Positions 25,629 through 39,830 of a stretch of 64,000 nucleotides of DNA are shown here, one piece after another; the first letter of the stretch is position 1; each line of letters begins with the position of its first letter. Position numbers and translations under genes: made by a program. The stretch is from the NCBI RefSeq assembly GCF_036321535.1, contig NC_087437.1:72294001-72358000 (forward strand), written 5' to 3'. The stretch is from Camelus dromedarius (Eukaryota). The notes beneath the pieces are model-generated. The model did no database searches, had not been told where the DNA came from, and saw nothing but the letters and a program-made list of their open reading frames with translations.

Positions 25629-26299
25629 CTGTTCGAAGATGAAAAAAAGAGATTTTAATACTATTTCCCCCCTTCTCCTATCAACTGTTTCTACTGAAAA
25701 TCACTTGAGTCCTTGGTTGCATGAACTATACCGTTTTTGCTAGCATTCCCCACAATTCAAGTTCAAAGGAGACCTGTTGGTGTGTCTTCTTCTTGAACTT
25801 GTTAATTTTATTCACTTTTATAGTAACTGTCCCTTCAGGCCATTCAGTCATTTCTCCTCATTGTGAGTTTCTTTTCAACCTGTAGATTTAACTAAGCCTC
25901 CTTTCTACCTTAAGAGCTGATCTTGGTCTCTTGGTACAGGAACTTTTTATTTCGCTATAAAGTTACAGCAGGGATTCGCAACCTGGGTTCCAGGAAGCAG
26001 TAAGAACGGGATGAGCTTCTGAAATCTGTGAGCCCCTGCAGTGTGTGCCAAGTCTCCTACCCAGGTGAATTCCTTGCTCTCCCCCACCCCCAGGAGACCC
26101 TTCAAAGCTCTGCCAAATTTTCAAAGGTATTCATGAGCCAGAAAACGATTTAAGGAGAAAGCTAGCTCCCAGATCATGCTTGATAAGACAAGAAAAAAAT
26201 ATTTTTAGTGTTTCAGTTAACAAAGCCCTAGTAACGCTTTATTTTTTAATTTGCCTAACACCAAGATATAGAGGGCGTGAGGACTGTTAACTCCATTTT

Positions 26300-27230
26300 C
26301 CGAATTTATTCAGTTCAACAGTCATTTACGAAGCAGCAACTATGTGCCAGGCACTCTGCGAAGATAAAGACTTGGTCTCCATCCTCAAGGAATTTACACT
26401 TTTTAAAAAAATTTTTAATTTTTTAAAAAAATATATTTTTATTTAAGTACAGTCAGTTTACAATGTTGTGTCAATTTCTGGTGTACAGCACAACGCTTCA
26501 GTCACATAGGAACATACATACATTCCTTCCCATATTCTTCACCATAGGTTACAAGATACTGAATATGGTTCCCTGTGCTATACAGTATAAACTTGTTTAT
26601 CTATTTTATATATATTAGTTAGTATCTGCAAATCTTGAACTCCCAATTTAACCCTTCCCAACCCCCTCCCCTCCTGGTAACCACAAGTTTGTTTTCTATG
26701 TCTGTGAGTCTGTTTCTGTTTTGTAAATAAATTTGTCTTTTTTTTTAGATTCCACATGTAAGTGATATCATGTGGTATTTTTCTTTCTCTTTCTAGCTTA
26801 CTTCACTTAGAATGACATTCTCCAGATTCATCCATGTTGCTGCAATTTGCACTTTAATAGGGAGAGAGTCATGACACCTAATGATGACAATACGATGTGT
26901 GACATGTAATACACGGAACAACTGGGGTACACGGCAGAAGGAACACTTGAGTCTGTACATGGAGTCAGGTATTGTTTTGAAGAGGAAATTGACACTTGAG
27001 CTGAAAGATGAGAAATAACTTGAAGTCTTCCGTGTGAAAAGGGAGTTGGTGATACATTCAGGCAGAAGCAAGAATCTATGAAAAGCCTACAAGAATAGAC
27101 GTTGACTAAGGAAAGGAGTATTGGACTCAGGTGGGGACACCAGGAAGAGAGAAAAACAGGAGCAAAGGCAGAAGTGTAAAGCAACAGGTGAGAATGAGAA
27201 GTTACAAGAATTCAGGAGCATTTACTGAAC
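26300..27230 (-). mobile_element. L2 fragment, interrupted by L1
   Basis: ttcaacagtcatttacgaagcagcaactatgtgccaggcactctg is the reverse complement of the L2 3' end; continues after 26855. Confidence 0.7.
26401..26843 (-). mobile_element. 5'-truncated lineage-specific L1 3' end
   Basis: T-rich tail, then tacaatgttgtgtcaatttctggtgtacagc...ttagattccacatgtaagtgatatcat; encodes AATWMNLENVILSEVS (ORF2 C-terminus); TSD aattt(a/g)cacttt. Confidence 0.92.
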
Positions 27231-28070
27231 ACCTGCTACGGGTCAGGGAATTCCTGGTCTAGGGGAGGAAACGGTTCTCAGAGGTTACCTGACTTCCCTA
27301 ACGTCATGGATTTATGACAGAGCAAGGGAGGATTCTGAGCCATGGTTTTGTAAGTCCTCCTTCTGCACCAATGCACCTCTTAAGTATAATTCTGAGTTCC
27401 CAGGATGCATGTATAGGAATACATATCTGATTTCACCAATGCTTCCATAGAGCTTCATGCTGTGAAAATGCTAAATGCACAGACAGCAGCATCCCTGTGC
27501 ACACTACTGTGTCTCCTTGTGTGTATACTTTCAAATAAGTAGATCTAGCACTTGGTGACGGGACTAGCACAGCCCCTTGCCATGAGGTCAGAACCTGTCA
27601 ACTAGTCACATACATTTCTGACGGTGCAGGTGATACACATGAAGTGGGAGAAAGCAAATCAAACGGAAACCAAAAGAGAGAGGAAAAATGGGTGCCCAAT
27701 TTATAAAAATTATTATATAACCAATAATTGCACATCAAGGTGCAAATGAGGCAATGATATACCCTACAGTCCTTTTATAAGTTTTCAATTCTGACAGCTA
27801 TAGGTTTTCCACTAATATTGACATTGAGAATAAAGAATCTAAGGAAATAAAGTCTGGAAAGCCTAAACAGTACCTACTGCAAATAATTACTCATTCAAGA
27901 TAATGTTCTAGGGAGGGTAAAAATTATTAAGGATTGGGCTGAAAATAGCAAAAAAACCAAAAAACAAAAAAAAACCCAATAAATTATCTTGTAAAGTCAG
28001 CTGATGATCTGCATTCTTAAATGATGACTGTGCACACAACAGTTTGCTCCTCACAGTTTAGTGGATTCAA

Positions 28071-28742
28071 CAGTAGAAACTCACTTAACTGACCTCTCCA
28101 CTGCCCCTGTAAAACATTCCAACTGCTGCTCACAGCTGCACGCTTGTGGCTGGAAGGCTGCTGAACCTGACGGCCTCTGCTCCCAAGTGAACTGTTTGCT
28201 CACAAAGAGTCTCTGTTCCAAAATGTGTTTTTGCCAGGTGACCTCATTACTGTAATTATATATTTTAATGATTACATAAATCATAAATTATGAGTGAAAG
28301 AAAAGGGTTGCTGTTTTTATGAAAACTAAGTTGAAGGCTTTGGAAAGATTAAAGGCAAATCACAAGATAAGAAACTGCCTTCGAATTAGGTACAGGTTGG
28401 TTAATTTTCAGATTAGGGAATGAATAAAAAAATCTAGAAGAATCTAAAAATATTTTTAAGGCTTGCTTCACTGTAAAGAAACTGAAACCAGAAACCATGG
28501 ATAATGTGTAATTATCCATGTGTAGGTTCAAGCAAGAAAGAAGCTAAAGAACTCTAATCAGCAAACCCCACACACCCTCAAAGCAAAGGCCTTCGCTTTT
28601 CATCAAAACGGTGACTGGACACTTACCTATCTACAGTTAAACTGTCTGAAGTACATTTTTAATAAATGATTCTCCCACTTTGAGTTTTCCTAGAAACCCA
28701 ACAATTATGTCCAAACTGTGTCACGTAAGAGCATTTCTACCG
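28071..28742 (+). mobile_element. Tigger-family DNA transposon relic (Tigger13a-like)
   Basis: TIR-like ends cagtagaaactcactta ... taagagcatttctaccg; internal decayed transposase N-terminal-like sequence. Confidence 0.7.
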
Positions 28743-30460
28743 TGTCTGGTGGTGAAACCACGGCAGAGCGAGAAAATGGTTAAGTGGAAAGACATGACTT
28801 TTTTCAAGAAACCATACATAATACCTTAGTAGCACGAAGAGAGTGACCAGGCGCAGATTTATCATGGGAAACCGAAACAAAGACGATCAAGTGAATGAGT
28901 GATTTTGGAGAAATATTTGTATTACTGAGTGGTACTTTTACTTTTCTTATGGTTCAGAGTAACTAAACTGTACCATAACTTCTAAGACATCCACCATTTT
29001 GTTTCAAAATACATTTAATAAATTTTTCTCCACAGCTTCTCTTTGAAGAAATCAGAGAAACTTATATACGTTCTTTAGGTAAAAGTAAGTGCTGGTCTTG
29101 GTTATCTTTTGCTCCCAAATCTCAACGTTCAGGTTGACATTATTATTTCCCAAAGCCTAGAAAACAAGGTTATACAACTTTGCCAAGCTTTAAGAGCAAA
29201 CCAACAGGGCTTTGAGGCATGCCTGCCACATTTCTACTTTGAACCAGCGGCTATACTTCAAAGAAATCTATACATTCACAAGGGGTTTTGAATAAGCCGT
29301 TTGGATGGTGACATCTTTCTTTTTCCCACTTTCTAATTCTCAAAGTAATTCTTGCATTACCAGCCTTATTTTTTCTACTCGTGTAGCCTTATATTATTTG
29401 TATGGGAAAGGAATTTGATGGCTTGTTAGCGTCAAGAGTAAGACGAACTTTAATATTCTAAATGAGATACTTATGGCAGACAATTTAAGAACTTGTGATA
29501 GAACTCAAGCTACCCTTAGGTCAAAATTTTATTGCCAAGGGCAAAAGACCATCAAATGATTCACAAAGAATATGAAATAGGGAAAAACAAACAAACAAAA
29601 TACACACCATCACCAACAAACAGATCAAAATAGAACAAAGTTGACTTTAAAATGTAACAGTAGGTAATACTTAAAAAGCATTCCCATAAAAGACAGTACT
29701 ATATTTATTATCATATTTTAGCTCTACTATTTAGAGTAGCTTCAGGGCTGGTATGTGAATCAGTCAAATTAAGACCTACTCTAGGAACTAAGTTAGTGCC
29801 TGTGGAAATTATAAAAATGGAGTGATTTTGTTGTTTCTTTAATCCAAATGACTTCCAAGGATTCAAAACAGGGAGATATAAATAACAAAGTAAACACATG
29901 TCTAAGAATCAATATGACTGCTCTGACTGTTAAGAGGTAAAACATATGGGGAAAAAAAAAGTTTGAACTGTAGTTCATAAATCGTTGGTCCCTCTGCTCC
30001 TAGCCTGCCCATCTCAGAAACTCCCTCTTCTACAGCCAAAGGAGCTGCCCAAGTGCTGCGAAGTGCATAGCGGCTCTGGGCTCCAGGCACAGACCCGGCT
30101 TAAGTTAATGGCACCCATCTCATGGGGTCACTTGGGGTTAAGTCAAGATGGCGGGGGGGTGTGGGGGGGAAGGCCCTGAGGAGTCCTCAGTGGCTGAGAG
30201 CCTCCCGCAGCACCCTGACCTTGGCCTCACAGCTCGCTCATGCTCTGGAGTGACAGAAACAACAACCAACCAACTACAGGCATAGCTGGAGCTGCTGGCT
30301 GATTTCAAGCCAAGCAATACATTCCTTTTATTTTCTCTTTGGTAAATGAATGTAATTTTGACATAATATTTATGTGCTATAAAATAACTTCAGTATAATA
30401 GCATGTGTACTTGTTAACTGTCATCTCACAGGAAAAATTTAACTTTAAAAGTACATGTTT

Positions 30461-30647
30461 TGAGATTTGCAGACACTACTATACATAAAATAAACAGGTT
30501 TATACAGTGCAGCACAGGGAACTATATTCAGTATCTTGTAGTAACCTAAAATGGAAAAGAATATATGTATGTATATGTATGATTGAATTATTATGCTGTA
30601 CACTAGAAACTGAGATAATATTGTAAACTGATAATACTTCAAAAAAA
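30461..30647 (+). mobile_element. Short 5'-truncated L1 3' end
   Basis: cagcacagggaactatattcagtatcttgta...tgctgtacactagaaact...aaaaaaa flanked by duplicated gtacatgtttt. Confidence 0.88.
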
Positions 30648-31935
30648 GGTACATGTTTTTGAGACCACTGCTCCCTTATTAAATGGTAATCCTTCACTGT
30701 GTGTCAGAGCCAATATTTTTTCCTTTATGGAAGTGCATCTCTAATTTTATCACAGGAATCAATATAAAAATATTACCGCTTACATATATTTTCTCAGAAG
30801 CCAACTTTTATCCTACAAAGTGACTTTCACGTTGATTTTAAAGACTTTAAAACATTTCTGGATTAGCTAACATTCTTTAACTTGCAAGCTGAACTGAATT
30901 ATTTTCACAATTCATACATAAAGTGAAAAATATAATGCAATGGCAAATTTCAGTGACTCTAATATTTAAACTGGATGAAACACTATGTTCATTTTTTTCC
31001 CATTTCCTACCTCAACCATTAAATGGAATGTTTCCACAGGGTAAAAGAAAATCTTTCAAGAATTTCACATAGTTTATGTACTGAATGCATCATGGATTCA
31101 ACAAATAATTACCGAATACCTATGTACCAAGCCATTCATCCTCTGTACACATCAATTATGAAAAAACATGTATGACACTGAGAAATAAGAAACTGAAAAG
31201 AGAAAGTGAACATAAAATTAAAAGAAAAACAATCACAACAAATACAACAAAAAGTTAATTTTATTTTTGACATCATCATCATTGTCATCATTATCATCAT
31301 TATGAAGTAACAAATTAAACCTGGAGTTAAGTACCAAGATTCTGTATCAACCTAGAACATTCTGGCTTTTGCCTTGCAGCAGAGCCTATTTAAACTTAAA
31401 AAATGTTTACTTTATTCAAATGTCTTCCTGGAGATAAGATGAGTGAAAGCACTTGAAAAGTTTAAAAACCTATCATCCTTATTAATTGTAATCTTGACTA
31501 GATTCCTCATGCAAATCTTTACCTAGAGCTTCAATCAGTATGTATCTCAAATAGTTTAATAAAGAATTTGCTACTTTTTATCATCTCTAAACTCCAAATA
31601 GCAAATGTATCAATAGATTTCTGCAAAAAAATAAAAAAAGCTCATGAATTCTTTGTTGAAAATCTGGAACTAAATATTAATATAATTATAACCCAGTCAA
31701 TCATCTTTTTGAGATACTAGGGAAAAATATTTCCAACACAGAACTGCAGAGGATTCAGATAGGCTAACTGCAACTGCTTTCCCGATGGGTTAAACAACTT
31801 GCTCAAAACACAAAGCCAATTAGGAATAAAATCCCGGCCTTGGGATTCAGAGGGTTCAGAGATCTGGGTGTATCATCTGAAGCAAGGCTGTGCTGTTTTA
31901 AAGTATGATATATGCTTTCACAACAAGTTACTTAC

Positions 31936-32003
31936 TTCAGCACTATCCTGAATAGAAGAGCTGTTGTTATAATGCTAAAATTTGAGAAGATAACAGCCAT
32001 GGC
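31936..32003 (-). CDS. SLC35A5: SLC35A5 coding exon 4 (AMAVIFSNFSIITTALLFRIVL-K)
   Basis: Acceptor tttctag|GCC, donor AA|gtaagt; 68 nt. Confidence 0.96.
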
Positions 32004-34531
32004 CTAGAAAGAAAGAGAAGATAGAGTTACAATTGAAACAAAGCCCTGACCTCAGAAACCTCCCAGCTTGGTGGTTCACCTGACGAAAAAAGCTTTTTGG
32101 TCAAAAACCAGAGGGGTTATTAGGGCAGCTACTTCACTAGAGGATTAAATTCTATTTTTACGGCTTGTTAAACTTATGCAGATATGACCAAATTATTGTA
32201 CAGACGTTGAATGTGTTGAAATTCAGCAAATGTCTGTGTAAATAATCTGTATGTGCATAACTGGAAATACTTACAAACTCTCAAAGTTTAGGTCTAGAAA
32301 TAATGTCTACCATGCTTAACATAGTTTTTCAAGTTCTCAAAGAGCTCCATCAATTTTTAATACTGATTCTGGAGAGAGAAGGCAGGTACTGTTAGGCCCA
32401 TTTATATATTAAGAAAACTGAGGTTTTTTAAGCAGCTTTACCATTCTAGGAATTAAATCAATTTTCCTGGTTGAACAGTTGTATCTATATTAGTGATTCA
32501 CTACCAAACTAGAGTTGACAGTCCTTTGGATTTATTCACATTGTTAGAAGTGTGTTAGCCAGATTTTATAAAGGTTTGTTTTTGTGAATTCAGTCATATT
32601 TCACATGAGAGTATTAATCTGAAGGTGGATACATTTTGGCCCAGAAAGTATGAAATTCATCACTGCTCCCCATAATTGGATCTGACAATATTAATAATTT
32701 TTAAAAACAAACCCTACTGCTTTTAGTTCATGCTGCCTTCCTCTTTGCTGTCACTTTAAGTTGATTAAACCCTAAAAAGTATCCACAATCTTATATAAAT
32801 AGCAAACATGACTAATATGCAGCTGAATTACAGAAATAAGAGTAAATCCAATAAAAACTAGCAAAAATTCCAAGAATATAATATTGCTGTTTTTCTACTG
32901 AATTTTTAAGGGAACCACTATTTTCAGCTTTTCTCTGTAGATGAATGCTTGTGAACCCTTGGTTAGGAGATGAATAGGAGGATATGAGAAAAGTATGTGG
33001 CTGGCAAGAGTGGGGACGTGGTGGCTCCGATCAATCGCAATAATGGGGTGCAAATGTACCTAACGAAATGGCCTAGCTGGCCTGTGAACTGCATCAGCTC
33101 TTTTCATGCAACAGTACAGAACAAACAAAACAGCAGAGCTCTTGGCCCCCAAACTTCCATGCATCGCTGTGTAATTCTCTCCAACTAGACTTGAGCACAG
33201 CAATACCCAGAATATACCATGTAATTTATTTTGTAATATCTGTGGTTGTATGCAATCAGGAAGGGAGTGCAAGGCAATAAGCTGAAAGAAGAACAGGAAG
33301 TTGCAAGCTTGCTTCCGTACTGGGGATTAGGAGACGAACATAAATTTAGAGCTAGCTGTTGGATACAAATAAAATACAACAAATATATACTTATGGAATG
33401 TGAACAATTATGTCGTTGGGTACAGGAATTCTCAGATCTGAAAAACAAAGTGGAAGCAAGAATTTAGGAGAGGGCATAATTTAGGTGGAATGAACACTTT
33501 CTAATACCATGGATAACAGAGCTGAAAGAACTTCAGGTGATCGTCTGGCCCAGGTCCTTGCCTTTGGGCTGCTGTGGTAACACTATTCCATTTTACAGAA
33601 GGACAACTGACACTCAGAGCAGTTGGGCCTTGCCTGGTTACACAGCTTCTAAACTGTGCAAAAGAATCAAACTCCTGTTTCCTACCCCAGTGCCCTATTG
33701 ATCCCTCCTTTTCATCCCACTCTCAGATGGGTTTGGCTATGCTTCAGAGGCCTCCCATAGAGGTCTAGTGTCAACAGAAAATCCACTTATGATCAAACTG
33801 CCTGAATTTACTTTTTAAAGAAACTTAAAAGCCATTTTCTTAACAACAACGATAGAAATCTTCGTTTTATAAAATATTAGGGGAAAATATACATGTGATC
33901 CAAACTAAATAATAGGTAGAAGTAGAAGACCAAACTTTAATTCTGAAGACTTATGGTTCCCTAAACTGGCATGGAGGATGCCAAGAGAGATGAAAAATAC
34001 TCCTAGTATTATCAGTTATTACTAGCACTTAAATTGGGAGAAGACAATCTCTACTCTTAAAGAACTTGTTGCTTAATGACAGGACTAACAGAAGAAGAAA
34101 ATCATACCCACAGAATACATACAAACTGCATTAAAGGAGGTATGTGAAAGAGCAGTAGAGTATATAATTTTCTGAGTTAATCATGGGAGTCTGGAGGCTC
34201 TGCATGTTGAGATTAGCATTAGAGATGGGTGACAGAAAATGGGCAGACTGGTGAGGGTCACACAGAGAGATGGCTCCAGACTCAGTGGTCAGGAAGCAGC
34301 TCCCACAGAACGGTCAGCATAGCTTAACACACTTATCTTTAACAGCGAGAGAGTCTGGCAAGCAGACTGGTAAGTCAGGACTCAGATGATTCTGGTCAAA
34401 CCTCAGGAAGGCCAGTGAGGGCAGTGAGAAACTAACAACGCCAAAGAAAATGATTGGGAAAAAAAAAAAGTTAGTTCTGGAATTCATTTCTCTGTTTTCC
34501 CAATGCTATTTTCTTTGTCATATTTACTTAC

Positions 34532-34665
34532 AGGCTGAAGATAGGAAAGAACGTAGAACACAATCAAATTATCCAGGAAATAAAGAAAGGCAGGAATGGA
34601 CCACTTCATGAAATTAGAGAATTCCTTCCAGGAAGTACATCTCAAGTTTCTATTCTGATGATCTT
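34532..34665 (-). CDS. SLC35A5: SLC35A5 coding exon 3 ((E)[44 protein letters not shown])
   Basis: Tandem acceptor TAG/AAG, so the exon starts at 34665 or 34662; donor CCT|gtaagt; IPAFLY motif typical of nucleotide-sugar transporters. Confidence 0.95.
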
Positions 34666-35916
34666 CTAAAGAGAGAAATGCAGCAATAAACATATGGTCT
34701 TGATGAGAATGCCCGATTTTTAGAGAAAGTAAATTGTATTTGACTTCTGACACAACTCTTTAAAAGAGGCTTAGTGAACCTGCTTTCCTATTGTCTATCT
34801 GCCTTGAGAAATCAAAGAAAATACAGGATTTCTTTATTGTCTTTCTTCAACCCACCACCGTGCCCATTCAGTGACATCAGCAACACCTTAGGAGTACTGA
34901 TTTTCTTAACTCCTTTTAACATGAGATAGACATATCACTTAAGAAGGCAACTCAGGATGCATCTGTGGTTCCTCTTACAACTCTGAGCATAAAGCCAAGA
35001 GAGAAAACAAGAAGTTAAAATAAGCAGTAAAGAAAAAGTTTATGCTGGGATTTCAGGGGTGTGTTAGGGATCAGGAAAGGGAGACACTAGGTGAAAATTT
35101 ACATATAGGGCAGGAGAGAAAATTAACTTTTACTCATCCTAGTGTGAGTTATTATCCTATCTCTAGATTTCCAAAAACTTAGCAACTTATGTAACAGATA
35201 GAATATAAAAGAAAAAGATAGAAAACAATTTATGTTTAAGCCCTGTAAACAATGCATAAATTTCATGAGATTAACAAACATATTCCAGTAACTAGAAACT
35301 CTGCACAGATTGAAACCTTTTGAGTCTGAAAAGACATCTTCTTGGGCAAGCCCTGTAGTTCTCTAAATTCTATGTTTACCTCATATGGGAAGGTAGATCA
35401 AAGCAGTATAGAGAGCTAAGGTTCAATAATTGGGGAGTTAATACATATTAAGAGCCATAAAAGGCTACACACTTAAGAATTTGAGGAACGTTAGTATCCT
35501 TATCCAATAGTTAACGATATCAGAGCTCAGAAAGTAAAATAATCTGCCCCAGAATACAGTTTTTCTGACTCCAATGCTCCAAGTCAGACAGCAGTGATTT
35601 AGAAAATCCTGAATTTGAATAAAAACTATTCAACAGGAACAAGTCAAGAGGTAGAGCAATGGACAGGATGCTAGGACATGAGGGTTGGAGTCCAGGCTCT
35701 GGCCCCTCCTACCCAGCACCGCGTAACACTTTCTCATTGAGCCTGTTCCTCTACCTGCAAAACATGCGGACCCACACTTACATTCGTATCTTAGTATCCT
35801 CACATAGAAAAAATTAATGCGCCAGACTAAAAAATACAAAAAAATGTTCCTTTCAGTTCTAAAATTTTTTGATTATGGGATTTTTAACAAGTATATAGTA
35901 CCATTTCAGGACTCAC

Positions 35917-36015
35917 CTTTCTTTATAACCCAGAATGACACAAGCACACAGAAAACCAGCTTCACCAGTTCCGAGCACACATTCACAGTAGTTGGAAGAT
36001 AATCATATTTATTCT
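35917..36015 (-). CDS. SLC35A5: SLC35A5 coding exon 2 ([33 protein letters not shown])
   Basis: Acceptor atttcag|AG, donor G|gtgagt; 99 nt; contains the SLC35A ExxK motif (ELVK). Confidence 0.96.
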
Positions 36016-37119
36016 CTGAAATGTAACAGAAATGTTTTTAACTGTAAATTTTGTCCTATATAATGCTAACATACAGTAAACAATTTAGAGTTGTTTCTAA
36101 ACTTAAAAGCTGAATTTTGACACTGGTTATGTGACACTTCATCCAGTTGGCTTTGCTCGTTTGGATTTTTGAATCAATTTGCCTAATGTGCTCCTAATGT
36201 GTTAGCATCATATTATCCTTGCAATTGAGGAATCTCATGTTTTCATTCAAGCTGCTGGGAAATGTGTTGAGGAGGCCAGAATTGTACGCAAAGAAAGCCT
36301 GGCACTAGACTGTCTTCTAAACTTAACACTCAGGGCCTGACCCAATAAACAGCTATCAATTTGCCAGGCTGAATTATTACCCGGCCCATGGTTCCTCTTA
36401 TGTAACCTATTTGCCTTGCTAAAATCAAGGTACGCTCTGTGATACTCCCTTAACTTGGGAGTTTTCCGATCTGTTTCATATCATGGCACAGGTAGAAAAC
36501 ACTTGTTCGGCGCTCTGGGACAAATGGTATGTTGGGGTAAAAGAAGGAAGCTGCTTGAGGCAAGAGGCAACTGGCCCAGGGCTCCAGGAAGGACACATAC
36601 ACTGACACATCCAAACCCACTGATGAGTCACAAAGTGAAGTCCCAACTTACAAGTCAATCTAATTAGGAAATGAAATTGGGTTAGTACACCTTGATCTTA
36701 GCTAGCTGTTACTTCTGTCTTTTCTAAACGCTTATAAACAACTTGCTCTATCATTTGGCAAGGACAATCATAAACTGTATTAGGTACTTTTGGGAGGAAT
36801 GCATTTTTTACCCTTTCAAAAATATTTGCTTGTTTTCCTTGGTCATCAAGTGAAAAACCAAAACTGGCCAAGTACAGAGGAAAATGCCAATTGGACATTC
36901 TTCCTCTCCAGAACTCCCTTTCTTTCTCTTTTCTGTGGTTTTCCCTGACCTTCTCAACCTATGTATAACCAATTCCTTATTCATCTCTGATTCTGCAGGG
37001 ATCTCTGGGGGTCCCCAGAGAAAGAGAACCAGGCATGGTTTTCTTGGCACAAGAAAAGTCAGTTTTGGCCTAAGTCTTTTTGTGATCTCAGCCTGGCCAC
37101 AATGCTCAGTAATTAATGA

Positions 37120-37563
37120 TCTTAAGGGAACAAAAGACTGCAGGAAAAAATGACTTCTCAGGCAAGACAACGACAGTAAAGATAATATATCCGTTGTAAA
37201 GACTCCCAGGGCTATTTCAGTGGAAAAGATGAGTCTTAAGTGCTCAACCACCAGATCAACTGGAACCTAAGGGATGATGATATTGACCTTTTGACCCCCA
37301 AGACTTCAACTAAAGCCTGGACTCTGTAGACCTTTGTCCAATTCTATGTTGAATTCTCTTCTGCTCAAGCCCCTTCATAAATATGTATGTACCTGTAGCT
37401 TACAATTTCCCCAATTTTGCTGTTAAGGGAGACACTGCTTGGGGGAAGATTCTCAGTGTTTCCCTTACTTGCTCCAAATAATAAATCCTTCTCCCAATCT
37501 TAGGCTTGGTTGTATCTTTTGGCTTGACACCCACCAAGGGGCGAACTCAGTTTTCAGGTAACA
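37120..37563 (+). mobile_element. ERV1-type solo LTR (5' limit approximate)
   Basis: AATAAA at about 37480 and U5 end ggcgaactcagttttcaggtaaca. Confidence 0.65.
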
Positions 37564-37899
37564 CTAGTACAAACCTCTAAAACAGTACCTGTAACATTGT
37601 ATTACAGTCATTTTTTATGTTGTCTTACCCTTAAAATGTAAGGAATATGAGAAGGACCATGTTAGTCATCTTCCTATACTTCCTATACTTTATCACTCGA
37701 AGCCTAGTTCTGAGCGCCAAGTTAGACTGAAATCACACTCCTTACTTTCTAGCATGATACACACGTGTGAACATGCACACACAAAAATGAGGGGCTTCAG
37801 ATCACAACTTTCAAACTCTTGCCCTTGCTCTTTAACTTATTCTTGCTTTTCATTGTTTTTGTTTTTTCCCCTGCATTTCTCTCATGGTTGATTCCAAAC

Positions 37900-39830
37900 T
37901 GTGTCATGGCATCTTGTGTGACCTCCCACCACTCACCTTCTGCTCACACTCACGACCTTATCTATATCACACCCATCCTTAGTGGTTTCCCTTCAGTCCC
38001 AGACAGAGGAGTCCTGGCCCCAATATTCAGTCATTCTCCCCTTTAAAACCGTCCCTTCTCTTTGGGGACTTTCCTCCAGTATTTCCTCTGGCTTCAGTAT
38101 ATCTCCTTTATCTTTCTATTAACTGGCTTTCTCCCCTTCGCCTTTGAGCATATGCTCAAAGCTCTCCCAACCAAAAACAAAACATAAGCTCCTACCTCTC
38201 CAGCTGCCATACTTCCTCCTTATCTCCATAAAACAGTGTCAACATTCCTTATCTCCATTTTACCCACTTTCTACTCAGGTCTTGTTCCCCAAGCAATCTG
38301 GTTTCTGGTCCCACCACTGTACTCAAACCTGAGATTAGCAAGTATCTCCTAATCACTAATTCCAAAGGGCATGTTTTAATTCTCATGTTGCAATTCCCTC
38401 CCAGTCTTCAAACTCATTCCTTCCCTTCTACAAGTCAAGTACAATTAATTCTCCTTTTTAAAATAAATTTATTGTGGTTTAATTTCTGTACAGTAAACTA
38501 CACATACTTCAGATGCACAATTTGATAGATGTATATAGCTATGAAACCACACACCCCAAGAGGTGCATATTCCAAACTCCCACTTTATCCCTTCCCACCT
38601 CCTTTAGTTCTCTTATCTTATCTCTTCTTAATGTCCTTCTGAATATCAGGAGGCCTGTTAAATATTGGCATTCCTTGGAGTTCTGTCCTTGGCTCTTTCT
38701 TGTTTTCTCATTCTTAGTGCTTACCCTGAATGATTCCTCCGCTCTCCGGGTTTTAAATGTCAATTTAATATTAATGTTTCCAAATCTGTATTCTGGAACA
38801 TTTAATGCTAGCTAAACATATTCATATGAATAACTACCTCCTACTTATTCATTTAACTGGCATTTGATTCACATGTGTGATATGAAGGACATAGCTGCCA
38901 GCCTCAAGGAAGATACAGAGTTAAAACTACTTAACCTCTCTGAACTCTGTCCTACCTTCTCTTCCTCCTCAGTCTCCATCTCAGCTAAGAACATCATCAA
39001 TCCACTAAGTATTCAGACCAGAAACCTTCTGAGCTATCCAACGCTTTAATCTCCCCATTCGATATATTCTCCAAGTCCTATCTTTTCTATGTTTAGAATA
39101 CTTCTTGAATCTATCCTCTCTTCTTTATTCATACCTCAAAAGCCTTGACTAGTTTTCATCATCTGTGGCTTGAACTAGCAATGACCCTCTAACTGGCTAC
39201 CCTGCTTCCAGTCTCTTCCCCTTTAGTCCACTCTCCATCCAGTGACCATAATAGTCTTTCTCATTTTACCCTCCTGTTCATAGTTCTTTAAGTATTCCTT
39301 GTCCCCCAAATTCTAGGGCCTCAAGAATAAAGTCCCAGCTCCTTAGCATGGCACATGAGGTCCTCAACAATCTGACAACTTTCCTCCCTGGCCAAGCATG
39401 TCTCCCTCTCTCCTCTTAAGTCCTTAAACTTTTTGTTCACTAATTCTGAACTACATGTTTTCACAATCCATCCTGCTTTTTAATGAAGCTGTTCATTTTT
39501 ATAGGCTGCTGCTTCTGTTTTGAATATACCTACCCACCTTGTCTTCTTGTGGATTAACTGTCACCCTATCAGGGAACTGTTCCCCAATCTCTTAGCACTC
39601 CATACCATGTTCTCCCAGATACAATATATATCACTTTCTACTTTAAACTATCTCTGCATCTTTGGTACAGAACTGCATTTCTTATACTGTGTTTTCATGA
39701 TGTATTTACATGTATTTCTCTCCTAATAAACTGAATTCTTGAGAACAAGCTCTATGTCTTATGCACTTTGAGCCCTGCTCTAATATTTAGCCTAATGTCT
39801 GGCAGAGAAACATTTACTGAAAAAAAGACT
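37900..39830 (+). mobile_element. Long decayed L2 (LINE-2) region
   Basis: Pyrimidine-rich L2 relics (ctggtttctggtcccaccactgtactcaaac; aataaagtcccagctccttagcatggcacatgaggtcct), ending gcctaatgtctggca...catttactgaa. Confidence 0.75.

Noticed and set aside
36808..37251. 147-aa minus-strand ORF in a SLC35A5 intron
   Set aside because: Spans LTR and L2 debris with no recognisable protein similarity.
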